From contig OZ241875.1 of NCBI GenBank assembly GCA_965203325.1, forward strand, positions 2,688,001 to 2,752,000: 64,000 bases of DNA, given 5' to 3'. A model generated the notes under the pieces. That model worked only from the letters and a program-made list of their open reading frames with translations, was not told the DNA's origin and made no database searches. Below, one piece after another: positions 20,679 through 30,628 of this stretch; positions within the stretch are counted from its first letter, which is position 1; each line of letters starts with the position of its first letter. A program made the position numbers and the translations under genes. This stretch comes from a bacterium (GTDB lineage: Bacteria > UBA8248).

Positions 20679-22703
20679 TTGAGTCTCGTCGGCATAGACA
20701 CCGGAGGAACCTTCACCGACCTCGTTTTCTACGATGAGAACGAGAAGCGGATAGAAGTCTCCAAAATCCCGACGCTTCGCGGAGAAGAAGACGCGGTTTT
20801 TCTCGAAGGCCTGGAGAGTCTCGACCTCTCCGCCATCGGGCGGATCACGCACGGCACCACCGTGGGCACCAACGCGATCCTGGAAGGCGCGGGCGCGCGA
20901 ACCGCGATTCTGACGACGCGCGGCTTCCGCGACGTTCTGGAGATCGGCCGAACGCAGCGCCTCGTTCCCCAGAGCCTGTTCGACCCGAAATTCGTCCGGC
21001 CCCGGCCGGTCGTCCCCCGTGAGCTGCGGCTCGAGATCGAAGAGCGCGCCCTCGCGGACGGCGGCATCGAGGTTCCGGTGGATGAAGCGGAGGTCGAGCA
21101 GCGCGCCGGGGAGCTGAGAGAACTCGGGGTGGAAGCGCTGGCCATCTGCTACCTGCACGCCTACGCCAACGGGAAGAACGAGAGGCGCACGGCGGAGTAT
21201 CTCGAGAAATTGTTGCCGGGCGTATATCTCTCGCTATCGCATGAGGTCGTGCCCGAATACCGCGAGTTCGAGCGCTTCTCCACGGCGGCCCTGAACGCCT
21301 GTCTCGGCCCCAGGATCAAGAACTACGTGGGCCGTCTGGAAGGAACGCTCAGAGAGAAGGGATGCCGCGCGCCCCTTTTCATCATGACGTCGAACGGCGG
21401 AATGCTCGACGCGGAGAGAGCAGCGCGGTTTCCCGTGCGCACGATACTCTCAGGACCCGCCGGCGGCGTCGTGGGCGGGGTGTCGGTCGCCGAGTCGCTG
21501 GGTCTCGATCACCTCATCACCTACGACATGGGCGGCACGAGCACGGACGTTTGCCTCATCCGCGACCGCAGGCCCGTCGTGAGCACGGAGAACATCATCG
21601 GCGCCTATCCGCTCAAGACCTCGCAGCTTCAGATCAACACCGTGGGCGCGGGCGGGGGGAGCATCGCCTGGTGTGATGAGGACGGCGCGCTCCATGTGGG
21701 TCCTGGGAGCGCGGGCGCGCGTCCGGGGCCGGCCTGTTACGGGTTCGGGGGCGGGGAGCCGACGGTGACGGACGCGAACGTCGCCCTCTCGCGCATCGGC
21801 CCGCGCACCCGGCTGGCCGGGGGACTCGAACTCCACCCTGAAAAGGCGGAGAGTGCCCTCGGAGCCCTGGCGGAGGAGCTTGGGATTTCAGACGCCGTCT
21901 CGATGGCGCGCGGGGTGGTCGACCTCGCCGTCATGCGGATGGTGAGTTCTATCCGCGAGATTTCCATCGAGCGCGGCTTCGACCCGAGAGAACACGCCCT
22001 GCTCGCCTACGGGGGCGCGGGGCCGCTGCACGCCGCCCTGATCGCGGGGGAACTCTCCATGAAGAGCATCGTCGTGCCGCGCTTTCCGGGGAATTTTTCC
22101 GCCGTCGGTCTCTTGATGGCGGACGCCGTCCAGGAGAACGCCGGAACGTGCTTCGTCGCTTTGGAGGATGCGCAGGAAAGCGCATTGGAGCGCATTTTCG
22201 AGAATTTGACGATTCCCTGCGCCGGGCAGTTGCGCGGGGCCGGGCTGGATGAGATCGAGACGCTCCGTTATGCGGACGTTCGCTACGTGGGACAGGCGTT
22301 TGAGCTCACGATTCCGGTTCCGGAAACGAAGGGCTGGCTGAAAGCGCTGGGCGGCGATTTCCACGCCCGCTACGAGGCGCGCTACGGGCATTGCCATCCC
22401 GGCGACCCGCTCGAGATCGTGAACCTGCGGGTGCGGGTATCCGGGGTGGTGGACAAGCTGGGGTGGGTGAAGGTGGAAAACCCCGGGGGCGGGTTGGATG
22501 ACGCGCTCGTGGAGCGAAGAAGCGTCGTGTTCGAAGAAGATGTTCCCGATTGTCCCGTCTACGAGCGCGATTCCCTGCCAACGGGCGCGGAGATTGGCGG
22601 GCCCGCCGTCATCGAGGAATACGGCTCGAATACCCTCGTGCCCCCCGGCTGGACGGCGAGGCGGGACGCTCTCGGGCATCTTCACCTGAGCGCATCGGGC
22701 TGA
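20679..22703 (+). CDS. Hydantoinase A / oxoprolinase family ATP-binding subunit
   Basis: GIDTGGTFTD, HGTTVGTNA, SGPAGG, DMGGTSTD, GAGGGS, SAGARPGPACYG; probable TTG start. Confidence 0.92.
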   Translation: MSLVGIDTGGTFTDLVFYDENEKRIEVSKIPTLRGEEDAVFLEGLESLDLSAIGRITHGTTVGTNAILEGAGARTAILTTRGFRDVLEIGRTQRLVPQSLFDPKFVRPRPVVPRELRLEIEERALADGGIEVPVDEAEVEQRAGELRELGVEALAICYLHAYANGKNERRTAEYLEKLLPGVYLSLSHEVVPEYREFERFSTAALNACLGPRIKNYVGRLEGTLREKGCRAPLFIMTSNGGMLDAERAARFPVRTILSGPAGGVVGGVSVAESLGLDHLITYDMGGTSTDVCLIRDRRPVVSTENIIGAYPLKTSQLQINTVGAGGGSIAWCDEDGALHVGPGSAGARPGPACYGFGGGEPTVTDANVALSRIGPRTRLAGGLELHPEKAESALGALAEELGISDAVSMARGVVDLAVMRMVSSIREISIERGFDPREHALLAYGGAGPLHAALIAGELSMKSIVVPRFPGNFSAVGLLMADAVQENAGTCFVALEDAQESALERIFENLTIPCAGQLRGAGLDEIETLRYADVRYVGQAFELTIPVPETKGWLKALGGDFHARYEARYGHCHPGDPLEIVNLRVRVSGVVDKLGWVKVENPGGGLDDALVERRSVVFEEDVPDCPVYERDSLPTGAEIGGPAVIEEYGSNTLVPPGWTARRDALGHLHLSASG

Positions 22704-22721
22704 TTTATCTTAAAGGTTCCC

Positions 22722-23687
22722 ATGAGCGAAGCGGTGAAATACGGATACGGCTACGGGATGCAGCCGGGGGATGTCCCCACCCACGCCGATTTTCTGGGCT
22801 TCATCGAAAAAGTCGAAAGCGCAGGCTTCGATTCTTTCTGGCTGGACGATCACATCGCGTTTCGCGGCAATTTTCTCGAAAGCTTAGCCGCCCTCGCAGC
22901 CGCTGCGGCCAGAACCGAGCGCATCACCCTGGGTAGCCTTGTTTATCTGCTGCCATTGAGGCGCCCGGCCATCGCGGCGAAGGCGGCGGCCACGGTGGAT
23001 TACCTGAGCGGGGGCGGGCGCTTCATCTTCGGCGTGGGCGTGGGAGGCGAGGAGGTGCGGGAGTTCGAGGTCTGCGGCGTGCCCAGAGCCGAGCGCGGCG
23101 CGCGGACGGATGAGGCCATCGAAATCTTGCGCAAGCTGTGGTCGGGGGAGGCGGTGAGCCACGAGGGGCGATTCTTTCGCTTCTCGGATGCGCGGCAAAG
23201 CCCCGCGCCCTTGAGCCCGGGCGGTCCGCCGATCTGGGTGGGCGGCAGGAGCGAGGCCGCGCAAAGGCGGGCCGCACTTTCGGCGGACGGCTATGCGCCC
23301 TATCTGTTTTCTCCCGCACGCTATGAGAAGGGGCTGGAGCAGGTTCGCCGCTTGGCCGCGGGGGCCGGGCGCGTGATCGATGATCCCCAAAAGCCATGGA
23401 CGCCCGCGCTTCACCTGTTCGTGAACTTGCGGGAAAAAGAGAATGATGCGCTCGACAGTGGTGCGGAAAACCTTTGCGTAAGGTATGGGATGGATATGCG
23501 CGATGCGGCGAGGAGATACCTGCTCCACGGATCGATGGCGCGTTGCGCCGAGCGAATCAACGCATTTCATGAGGCGGGCGTTCGGCACTTCATCTTCAAG
23601 GCGGCCGCGCCCGCCGGTGAGGAGGCGGAGCACATGACGCGGCTGGCCGAAGAACTCCTGCCCGAGGTGAGGCGCCATGTCGGCTGA
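22722..23687 (+). CDS. LLM-class (luciferase-like) flavin/F420-dependent oxidoreductase
   Basis: GFDSFWLDDH, DYLSGGGRFIFGVGVG, PPIWVGG. Confidence 0.88.
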   Translation: MSEAVKYGYGYGMQPGDVPTHADFLGFIEKVESAGFDSFWLDDHIAFRGNFLESLAALAAAAARTERITLGSLVYLLPLRRPAIAAKAAATVDYLSGGGRFIFGVGVGGEEVREFEVCGVPRAERGARTDEAIEILRKLWSGEAVSHEGRFFRFSDARQSPAPLSPGGPPIWVGGRSEAAQRRAALSADGYAPYLFSPARYEKGLEQVRRLAAGAGRVIDDPQKPWTPALHLFVNLREKENDALDSGAENLCVRYGMDMRDAARRYLLHGSMARCAERINAFHEAGVRHFIFKAAAPAGEEAEHMTRLAEELLPEVRRHVG

Positions 23688-25347
23688 GGCGAGCGGACAC
23701 GTAGATACCTTCACGCGGGACAACCTGCCGCCGGAATCCCTGTGGCCGGAGATGGACTACGGCGTCCTGCCGGAACTGGCCGCCTATCCGGCGCGGATCA
23801 ACGCAGGCGCCGCCCTTATCGACGAGATGGCCGTGGGCGCGCAGGCCGGGCGGCCCGCGATTCATTACGGCGAGGCGCTTTGGAGCTATCGCGCGCTTTT
23901 GGAGAGCGCCAACAGAATTGCTTCTGTGCTGTGCGAGCGCTTCGGCCTCGTGCCCGGAAACCGCGTTCTTCTTCGCGCCTCGAACCATCCCACCCTCGTG
24001 GCCGCGTGCCTCGGGGTGTTGAAGGCGGGCGGGGTGGTGATTCCGACCATGCCGGTGATGCGCGAGCGTGAACTGGCCTATGTGATCAAAAAGGCGAAAG
24101 TGGGCTTCGCGATTTGTGACATTCGTTTGAGTGAGGATTTACTCACCGCGGCGAAGGCTTCCGAATCACTCCAAAACGTCGTCCTGTTCGGGGGTGAGGA
24201 GCCGGGCGGCCTTGAAGCCCTGATGGCCGAAGCCTCGCCCGAATTCCAAAACGCGGACACGGCGGCGGACGACGTGGCCCTCATCGGCTTCACCTCGGGT
24301 TCGACGGGCACGCCCAAGGGCACCGTGCATTTCCACCGCGATCTGCTCGCCGTCGCGGACACGTTTCCCAAATACCTCTTCGGCCTCGGCCCCGGTGACG
24401 TGGTTTGCGGCAGCCCGCAGATCGCCTTTTTGTACGGGTTTTGCGCCTTCATCACCGACGCCCTGCGCTTCGGGGCCTCCTCGGCCCTGCTCGAGCGGGG
24501 GACGCCGCGCGATCTGCTCGAAGCCATAGATAAGTACCGGGGGACGGTGTGCTTCAGCACGCCCTCGGGCTACAAGCAGATGCTCGACATCGCGGAAGGA
24601 TACGACCTCCGCAGCCTGCGCGCCTGCATCGCGGGGGGAGAACCCCTGGAACCCTCCGTATTCCGCGAATGGCGCGAGCGAACAGGCGTCTCGATCATCA
24701 ACGGCTTGGGCATCTCGGAGCTTTTGCACATCTTCATCTCGGCGAGCGGGGAGGACATCCGCCCCGGCAGGATCGGCCGCGCCGTGCCCGGCTACGAGGT
24801 GCGCGTGGTGGATGAGGAGATGCGCGATACGCCGCCCGGCGAGGTGGGGCAGATGATCGTGAAAGGCCCCACCGGGTGCCGCTATCTCGACGACATGGAG
24901 CGGCAGCGGGGCTACGTGCGGGAGGGCTGGAACATGACGGGCGACCTCTGCCGCGTCGACGCGGAGGGGTATATCTCCTTCGAGGCGCGAACCGACGACA
25001 TGATCAATACCGGGGGGTACAACGTCTCGGGCCTCGAAGTCGAAGCCGTGCTGCTCGAACACGCAAAAGTGCGCGAGTGCGCGGTGGTCGGTTCGCCGAA
25101 CGCCGAGCGCGGGGAGATCGTAAAGGCGTTCGTCGTTCTCTCGGGCACCGCCGAAGCAGACACTGACGAAGCGCAGGACGCGCTGGTCCGGGAGCTTCAG
25201 GATTTCGTGAAGGCCCAGCTCGCGCCCTATAAATACCCGAGAGCGGTGGAGTTTTTGGAAAGCCTGCCCTTGACGGCCACGGGCAAGATACAGAGGGGCG
25301 CTCTTCGGAAGCTGGAGAAAGAGCGCGCGGGGGCCGGGGCGGGCTGA
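23677..25347 (+). CDS. Aromatic acid-CoA ligase, 2-aminobenzoate/benzoate-CoA ligase-like
   Basis: N-terminal SGHVDTFTRDNLPP, AMP-binding FTSGSTGTPKGTVHFHRD, APYKYPR, TATGKIQR. Confidence 0.8.
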   Translation: MSAEASGHVDTFTRDNLPPESLWPEMDYGVLPELAAYPARINAGAALIDEMAVGAQAGRPAIHYGEALWSYRALLESANRIASVLCERFGLVPGNRVLLRASNHPTLVAACLGVLKAGGVVIPTMPVMRERELAYVIKKAKVGFAICDIRLSEDLLTAAKASESLQNVVLFGGEEPGGLEALMAEASPEFQNADTAADDVALIGFTSGSTGTPKGTVHFHRDLLAVADTFPKYLFGLGPGDVVCGSPQIAFLYGFCAFITDALRFGASSALLERGTPRDLLEAIDKYRGTVCFSTPSGYKQMLDIAEGYDLRSLRACIAGGEPLEPSVFREWRERTGVSIINGLGISELLHIFISASGEDIRPGRIGRAVPGYEVRVVDEEMRDTPPGEVGQMIVKGPTGCRYLDDMERQRGYVREGWNMTGDLCRVDAEGYISFEARTDDMINTGGYNVSGLEVEAVLLEHAKVRECAVVGSPNAERGEIVKAFVVLSGTAEADTDEAQDALVRELQDFVKAQLAPYKYPRAVEFLESLPLTATGKIQRGALRKLEKERAGAGAG

Positions 25348-25588
25348 CGCATCGCGCAGGCTTCACCGTCGGGGCCGGATGCGCCCGGTGGTTTTTACTC
25401 AACCGGGGAAATTCCGGTAGTGTCTCCCTTTGAAAACGGGAACGTCGCGAAGGCGGGATATAAGTCTCATCAGAAGATGTCAAGACTGTATTTGAATGAT
25501 CGGTTTAATTTTCTCTACCCACCAAGGGGTTTTTGAAAAAGTCGTCCTCCTCAGGGAATAAAGGCAACCCCCCCTACCCCCCCTTGAC

Positions 25589-27110
25589 GGGGCTGTTGAA
25601 AAACCCCGTTTTGAAGCGGGAGGTATGGCGTCTCACGCAGCGGCGGAGAGGAAGCCCGCGAGGTGCGTGAGGCCGCCAGGAACGCGCATTCGGCGTCTCA
25701 AGGCGGCGCAGGCCCTCCACAGAGCGAATAAACGCGCCGCAACAGCGGCGGCGAGCCGCTTGAGGTTCACCGCAGTCGCCGTCAGGTAGGCCTGGATCCT
25801 TATGTTCGCAAGACCCCGGCGCACCGCCCGCGCCAGGCCGTGCCAACTCTTCGCCTCGCCGTGATAGCCCTCCGAGCGACCCATGTGCCGGCGCCACAGC
25901 CGACCCTCCTCCTCCCCACGGCGCGTGTGGCGACGGCGCGCGCGTAACAGCGCCGGATACTCATGCGGAACCAGCACCGTCCTGCTCGTGCGGGACTTCG
26001 ACAGACAATCGGCCTTGAGCGCGCAGCCCGCGCAATCGCGCGTCCTCGATACATAGTAGCGACCCCGCTCCGTCTCCTTCCGGGGGCGCAGCGTCTTGCC
26101 CCCCGGACACTTCACCACCTTGTGACGCTCATCGTAGCGGAACAGCTGCAACGGCACCCGGCTCTGGGAAGGCTCCTTCTTCGCCGGTATCACCGCGTCC
26201 ACCCCCCGACGCTCCAATGCGCCGTACACCTTCGAGTACGCATAGCCCGAATCCGCCGTCACCACCCCGGGCGCGCGCCCCGTGAGCTCGCAAACCGCAT
26301 CCAACTGCGGCTCCATCATCTCCCGCTCGTTCAACGTCCCCTCCGTCACCGCAACGTCGAGGACAACGCCCCGCTCATCGTCCACCACCGCGTGGTGCTT
26401 GTAGCTCGGCTCGAACCCCGCCCGAGCGCTCTTGCGCGCCAGGCGAGCGTCCGGGTCCGTTCGGCTCACAGACCCCGAACCCCCGCCCCGGCCTTTGCCC
26501 TTCTTCTCCGTCTCATCCTCCGAATCGTTCTCCCGCACCACCTTCTCCGCGTGGCGCTCCGCCAGACTCTCCCAGCTCACGTCCGCACGTATCAAAGAGG
26601 CGTCCATGTGAACCACCTCTCCCGTCGCCACCTTCGCCTCCACGCAAGCCTGAACCGTGCGGCGCAATACCTCCTTGAAGCGCTCCTCCCCCCAGCGCTG
26701 GCGAATCCGCGTCAGGCTCGAATGGTCCGGCAACTCCTCGTCCAGCCTGTACCCGATGAACCACCGGATCGCCAGGTGCGCCTGCGCCTCGCGCAACAGA
26801 CGCCGGTCGTGGGCGTAGCCCAGCAGCAGGCCCGCCAGCATCAACCGAACCACCACTTCGGGGTCCAGGCCCGGACGGCCATTGTCCGCGCAATAGCACT
26901 CCGCCACTTCCTCGCGAAGCCAGCTCAAATCCAGTACGCGGTCCACCTGCCGCAATATGTGATCTTCGGGAATCAACTTCTCCAGCGGGCCGGCCACGAA
27001 CAAGTCCATCTGCTCGCGCCTCTTGCGATCCAGCATCGAGGGAACTCCCATCTCGGGCGAGTCGGGATAACTCCATACGATCACAAAACCAAGGGTTTTT
27101 CAACAGGCCC
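25589..27110 (-). mobile_element. Complete IS1182-family insertion sequence (1522 bp)
   Basis: Terminal IRs GGGGCTGTTGAAAAACCC / GGGTTTTTCAACAGGCCC (17/18); 5-bp direct repeat TTGAC at 25584-25588 and 27111-27115; single transposase. Confidence 0.9.
25633..27036 (-). CDS. IS1182-family DDE transposase
   Basis: IPEDHILR, GRPGLDP, LPDHSSLTRIR, HMDAS, TDPDA, ADSGY, internal CP..C..C..C segment, SEGYHGEAK. Confidence 0.88.
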   Translation of the reverse strand: MLDRKRREQMDLFVAGPLEKLIPEDHILRQVDRVLDLSWLREEVAECYCADNGRPGLDPEVVVRLMLAGLLLGYAHDRRLLREAQAHLAIRWFIGYRLDEELPDHSSLTRIRQRWGEERFKEVLRRTVQACVEAKVATGEVVHMDASLIRADVSWESLAERHAEKVVRENDSEDETEKKGKGRGGGSGSVSRTDPDARLARKSARAGFEPSYKHHAVVDDERGVVLDVAVTEGTLNEREMMEPQLDAVCELTGRAPGVVTADSGYAYSKVYGALERRGVDAVIPAKKEPSQSRVPLQLFRYDERHKVVKCPGGKTLRPRKETERGRYYVSRTRDCAGCALKADCLSKSRTSRTVLVPHEYPALLRARRRHTRRGEEEGRLWRRHMGRSEGYHGEAKSWHGLARAVRRGLANIRIQAYLTATAVNLKRLAAAVAARLFALWRACAALRRRMRVPGGLTHLAGFLSAAA

Positions 27111-27545
27111 TTGACAGGGGGGTATGAAAAGGCGACGCCCGCCGCCGGTAGAGGTTTTTTTCTTGCCCCCTGACGAGGGGGCTTTCTTTTTTTGCCCCCC
27201 TGACAAGGGGGGGTAGGGGGGGGGTTGATTTTCTAAGCGAGAGCCTGCGCCTCCGCCCTGTTTCGGGTTTTGGCCGGAATGACGGCGGTGGTCAATTCCG
27301 ACCGAGGATGACTTTTCCAACAACCCCTCTCCCGTCTTGCGGCGGTTTTGATAAACATGGTATTCTCTCTCATTATATTCATCATAAAATCATTCAATGC
27401 TCTTTCGGTATTACTGTATTTCCTGTGCAGAGGAATCGAAGGAGAGCCATATTTTCCCGACACATTCGGTGCGCCCCGTCTCGGGGCGTTGATTGAGTCC
27501 ATGACGCAAGCCGCGAATCCTGCGGCCCAGAGGGAGGCTGAAATC

Positions 27546-28592
27546 GTGGATAACAGAACGAACGTACGGGGTCTCATCTTCAAATCGGTATTGGCGGTTA
27601 TTCTGGGAGTGGCGCTCGTCTTCACGGCCGCCACGCCTTCGGAGTCGGCCGTCAAGCGGGTCGTCATCACCCAGGCGGTCGAGAGCCTCGCCTTCGTCAG
27701 CAACTACGTGGCGCGTGCGAACGGCTACTTCGCCGAGGAGGGTCTGGCCGCCGAGGTCATCTCCACGCGGGGCGGCGGGCCGGACATCAAGGCCAACCTC
27801 GCGGGCCAGGCGGATTTCTCCATCGCGGCGGGCACCTACCAGATCAACGCCGTGAAGGCGGGCGGCGCCCTCATTGCGGTAATGAGCTGTCTCAACCGCA
27901 GCATCGTCAACTCCGCCATCCGCACAGACGTCGCCAAGAAGCTCGGCATCACCGCCAAGACGCCCTACAAGGAAAAGATCAAGAAGATGAAGGGCTTGAC
28001 CGTGGGCGCCACGCGCCCCGGCGCGCTCACCTACAACCAGGGTGAATACTGGATCCGCCAGGCCGGCTACACGCCCAACAAAGAGGTGAAGCTCATCGGC
28101 GCGGGCGCGGGCCCGGTGCTCGTCGCAGCGCTGCAGCGCAACAAGATTCAGATAGCGATCCAGACGATTCCCGTGCCGGAGACGGCCATATTCAAGGGCA
28201 TCGGCATTCCCTTCGTCACGAACTCCGCGGGCGATGACCCGGAGATGGACCAGTTCATGATGGAGGTCCTGCTCGTGCGGCCCGATTACGCGAAGAAAAA
28301 CCCCGAGACCGTCCGCAAGGTGGTCCGGGCGCTGCTCAAGGCCAATAACTGGATCGCCAAGCACAGCGCGGAGGATATTCGCAAGAAGATACAGCTCTAC
28401 TTCGCCAAGACCGACAAGAACCTGCTGCGTGTGAGCATCGAGGCGGTGAAGACGGCCGTCTCGCTCGACGGGAAAATCACCCAGCGCGCGGTGGACATCA
28501 CGCAGAACCTGCTCATCGCGGCGGGCAAGCTCAAGAAGGCGTTCCCCAGGAGCACCCTGGTGACGGACGAATATCTGCCCGGCAAGATGTGA
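27546..28592 (+). CDS. ABC transporter substrate-binding protein, NitT/TauT (SsuA/THI5-like) family
   Basis: Signal peptide, YVARANGYFAEEGL, KKNPETVRKVVRAL; GTG start after AGGGAGG. Confidence 0.85.
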   Translation: MDNRTNVRGLIFKSVLAVILGVALVFTAATPSESAVKRVVITQAVESLAFVSNYVARANGYFAEEGLAAEVISTRGGGPDIKANLAGQADFSIAAGTYQINAVKAGGALIAVMSCLNRSIVNSAIRTDVAKKLGITAKTPYKEKIKKMKGLTVGATRPGALTYNQGEYWIRQAGYTPNKEVKLIGAGAGPVLVAALQRNKIQIAIQTIPVPETAIFKGIGIPFVTNSAGDDPEMDQFMMEVLLVRPDYAKKNPETVRKVVRALLKANNWIAKHSAEDIRKKIQLYFAKTDKNLLRVSIEAVKTAVSLDGKITQRAVDITQNLLIAAGKLKKAFPRSTLVTDEYLPGKM

Positions 28593-28669
28593 GCGATAAC
28601 TTCCGACTCTGAAAACCGCCGGGGAGGGGCCGCCATCCGCCTCTCCCCGGCGTTGGAGATTCATACGCC

Positions 28670-29473
28670 GTGCCTCCAATTCTCTCGATCAAGAACCTGC
28701 AAAAAGAATTCTTCTCGCGTGGAAACCGTGTGCTCGCCGTCGAGGATTTGAGCCTCGAGATCGAAGAGGGCGAGTTCCTCACCATCGTGGGGCCGAGCGG
28801 CTGCGGTAAGTCCACGCTGCTGAACTGCATCATCGGGCTGGTGCACCCCACCTCGGGCGTCATCACCTACAAGGACAGGAAGCTGCACGGAATCAACACC
28901 GATATCGGCTACGTGCCGCAGTCGGACTATCTCTACCAATGGCGCACGCTCATCAACAACGTCGCCTTTCCGCTGGAGATGCGCGGCGTCGATCAGAAGA
29001 CCCGCCACGAAAAGGCGCGTGAACTCATCCAGCGCGTCGGCCTCGCGGGGTTCGAGGATCACTACCCCCACGAACTCTCGGGCGGAATGCGCCAGCGGGC
29101 CAACATCATACGCACTCTTATTTATGACCCCGAGGTCATCCTGATGGACGAGCCTTTCGGGCCGCTCGACGCCCAGACGCGGATCATCCTTCAGGATCAG
29201 CTCTTGAAACTCTGGCGCGAGGCGCGAAAGACCGTCATCTTCATCACGCACGATCTCGTCGAGGCCATCGCCCTGGCCGACAGGGTCGTCGTCATGACGA
29301 GCCGGCCCGGCAACTTGAGGAGCGTCGCCGAAGTGGACATTCCGCGTCCGCGCGACGTGTTCACCATCCACAGCGAGGAGGCGTTCCGAAAGACCTACGA
29401 TCAGCTGTGGCAGGAATTGCGCGAGGAGGTCCAGCGCAGCGAGGATTGGATGAAAAACGGGTCCGCCGGTTAA
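28670..29473 (+). CDS. NitT/TauT ABC transporter ATP-binding protein
   Basis: [34 protein letters not shown]. Confidence 0.92.
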   Translation: MPPILSIKNLQKEFFSRGNRVLAVEDLSLEIEEGEFLTIVGPSGCGKSTLLNCIIGLVHPTSGVITYKDRKLHGINTDIGYVPQSDYLYQWRTLINNVAFPLEMRGVDQKTRHEKARELIQRVGLAGFEDHYPHELSGGMRQRANIIRTLIYDPEVILMDEPFGPLDAQTRIILQDQLLKLWREARKTVIFITHDLVEAIALADRVVVMTSRPGNLRSVAEVDIPRPRDVFTIHSEEAFRKTYDQLWQELREEVQRSEDWMKNGSAG

Positions 29474-29499
29474 AGCGAGCGGATGAGAGGGGGAACCCC

Positions 29500-30597
29500 A
29501 TGGTCGACATGATCGATAAAGAGGCGAGCGAGGGCAAGGGAACGAGCGAGCCGGAAGGAAGCGCGGGGGAGGCTCCCGCCCGCGTCAGGCTGCCCAAGCT
29601 GGGCGAGATTCTCCTGACGATTCCCCTGCCGGGCGTACCGCAAATCTGGCGGGGCGATTACCTGATAGGCGCGCTCCTGCTGGGCCTCACCGCGGCCGGC
29701 TACATGATGTGCTCGGTCACGGGCATGTTCTTCCACGCCATCGCGTTCGTGGACGTCTCCATCACGCACACCGGCCGCATCATCAAGAACTCGCGCCTGC
29801 GCATGTTCGCCTACCGGGCCTCGTTCGCGATCGGCTTTCTGGCGATGTGGGAACTCAGCGCCTGGGAGATCGGCCCCAAGCAGTGGCTCTGCGTCGATCC
29901 CTTCTGGTTCGGTTCGCCCCTGCGCGTCATGGACTATATGGTGGAGATAACGCTCTCGGGCAGCCTCTTCATCGACACGTGGACGACGATGTACGAGGCC
30001 TTCCTGGGCTACGTCCTGGGCGCCGCGCTCGGCATCGCGCTGGGCTTCATACTGGCGCGTCTGGAGACGCTGGCCGAGATACTCGACCCCTTCATCGTCG
30101 CGGTGAACGGCATTCCGCGCGTGGCGATGGCGCCGATTCTCATCATCTGGTTCGGCATCGGGGTGGAGTCGAAGATCGTACTGGCGGTGAGCCTTGTGCT
30201 CTTCCTCACCTTCATGAACACCTACTCGGGCTTGAGAGGCGTGGACCCGAACCTCAAGAACCTCGCCCAGGTGATGGGCGCGAACGAGATGCAGGTTCTC
30301 TGGAAGGTCACGCTGCCCGCCGCGATGCCCTGGATACTCACGGGCCTCAAGATCGGCGTTCCCTTCGCCATCATCGGGGCCATCCTGGGCGAGTTCATGG
30401 CGGCGAGCAAGGGGCTGGGCTTCATGATCCAGCACACGAGCAACCTGTTCAACATCGCGGGCTCGTTCGCGGGCCTCATCCTGCTCATGTTCATCGTGCT
30501 GATCGCCAACGCGGCGGTGAACTGGCTGGAGCGCTACCTCCTGCGCTGGCGGCCCAAGCAGCAGGCCGCCGGCGAGGGCGCGACGGACGTGTATTAG
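29500..30597 (+). CDS. NitT/TauT ABC transporter permease with N-terminal extension
   Basis: IPRVAMAP..WFGIG, GEFMAASKGLG. Confidence 0.88.
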   Translation: MVDMIDKEASEGKGTSEPEGSAGEAPARVRLPKLGEILLTIPLPGVPQIWRGDYLIGALLLGLTAAGYMMCSVTGMFFHAIAFVDVSITHTGRIIKNSRLRMFAYRASFAIGFLAMWELSAWEIGPKQWLCVDPFWFGSPLRVMDYMVEITLSGSLFIDTWTTMYEAFLGYVLGAALGIALGFILARLETLAEILDPFIVAVNGIPRVAMAPILIIWFGIGVESKIVLAVSLVLFLTFMNTYSGLRGVDPNLKNLAQVMGANEMQVLWKVTLPAAMPWILTGLKIGVPFAIIGAILGEFMAASKGLGFMIQHTSNLFNIAGSFAGLILLMFIVLIANAAVNWLERYLLRWRPKQQAAGEGATDVY

Positions 30598-30628
30598 GGT
30601 TTCCGGCTCGTATTCTTTCTGATTCGTC

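Larger units (their letters stand above)
25526..27327. mobile_element. Degenerate MITE-like element with IS1182-like ends, interrupted by the IS
   Basis: Inverted repeats 25525-25549 and 27304-27328 (22/25 match); about 275 bp once the IS and one duplicated target are removed; no flanking target duplication seen. Confidence 0.6.

Noticed and set aside
27380..27545. Riboswitch in the leader of the NitT/TauT binding protein
   Set aside because: Several short hairpins are present but I recognised no TPP, SAM, cobalamin or guanidine consensus; an Rfam scan would be needed.
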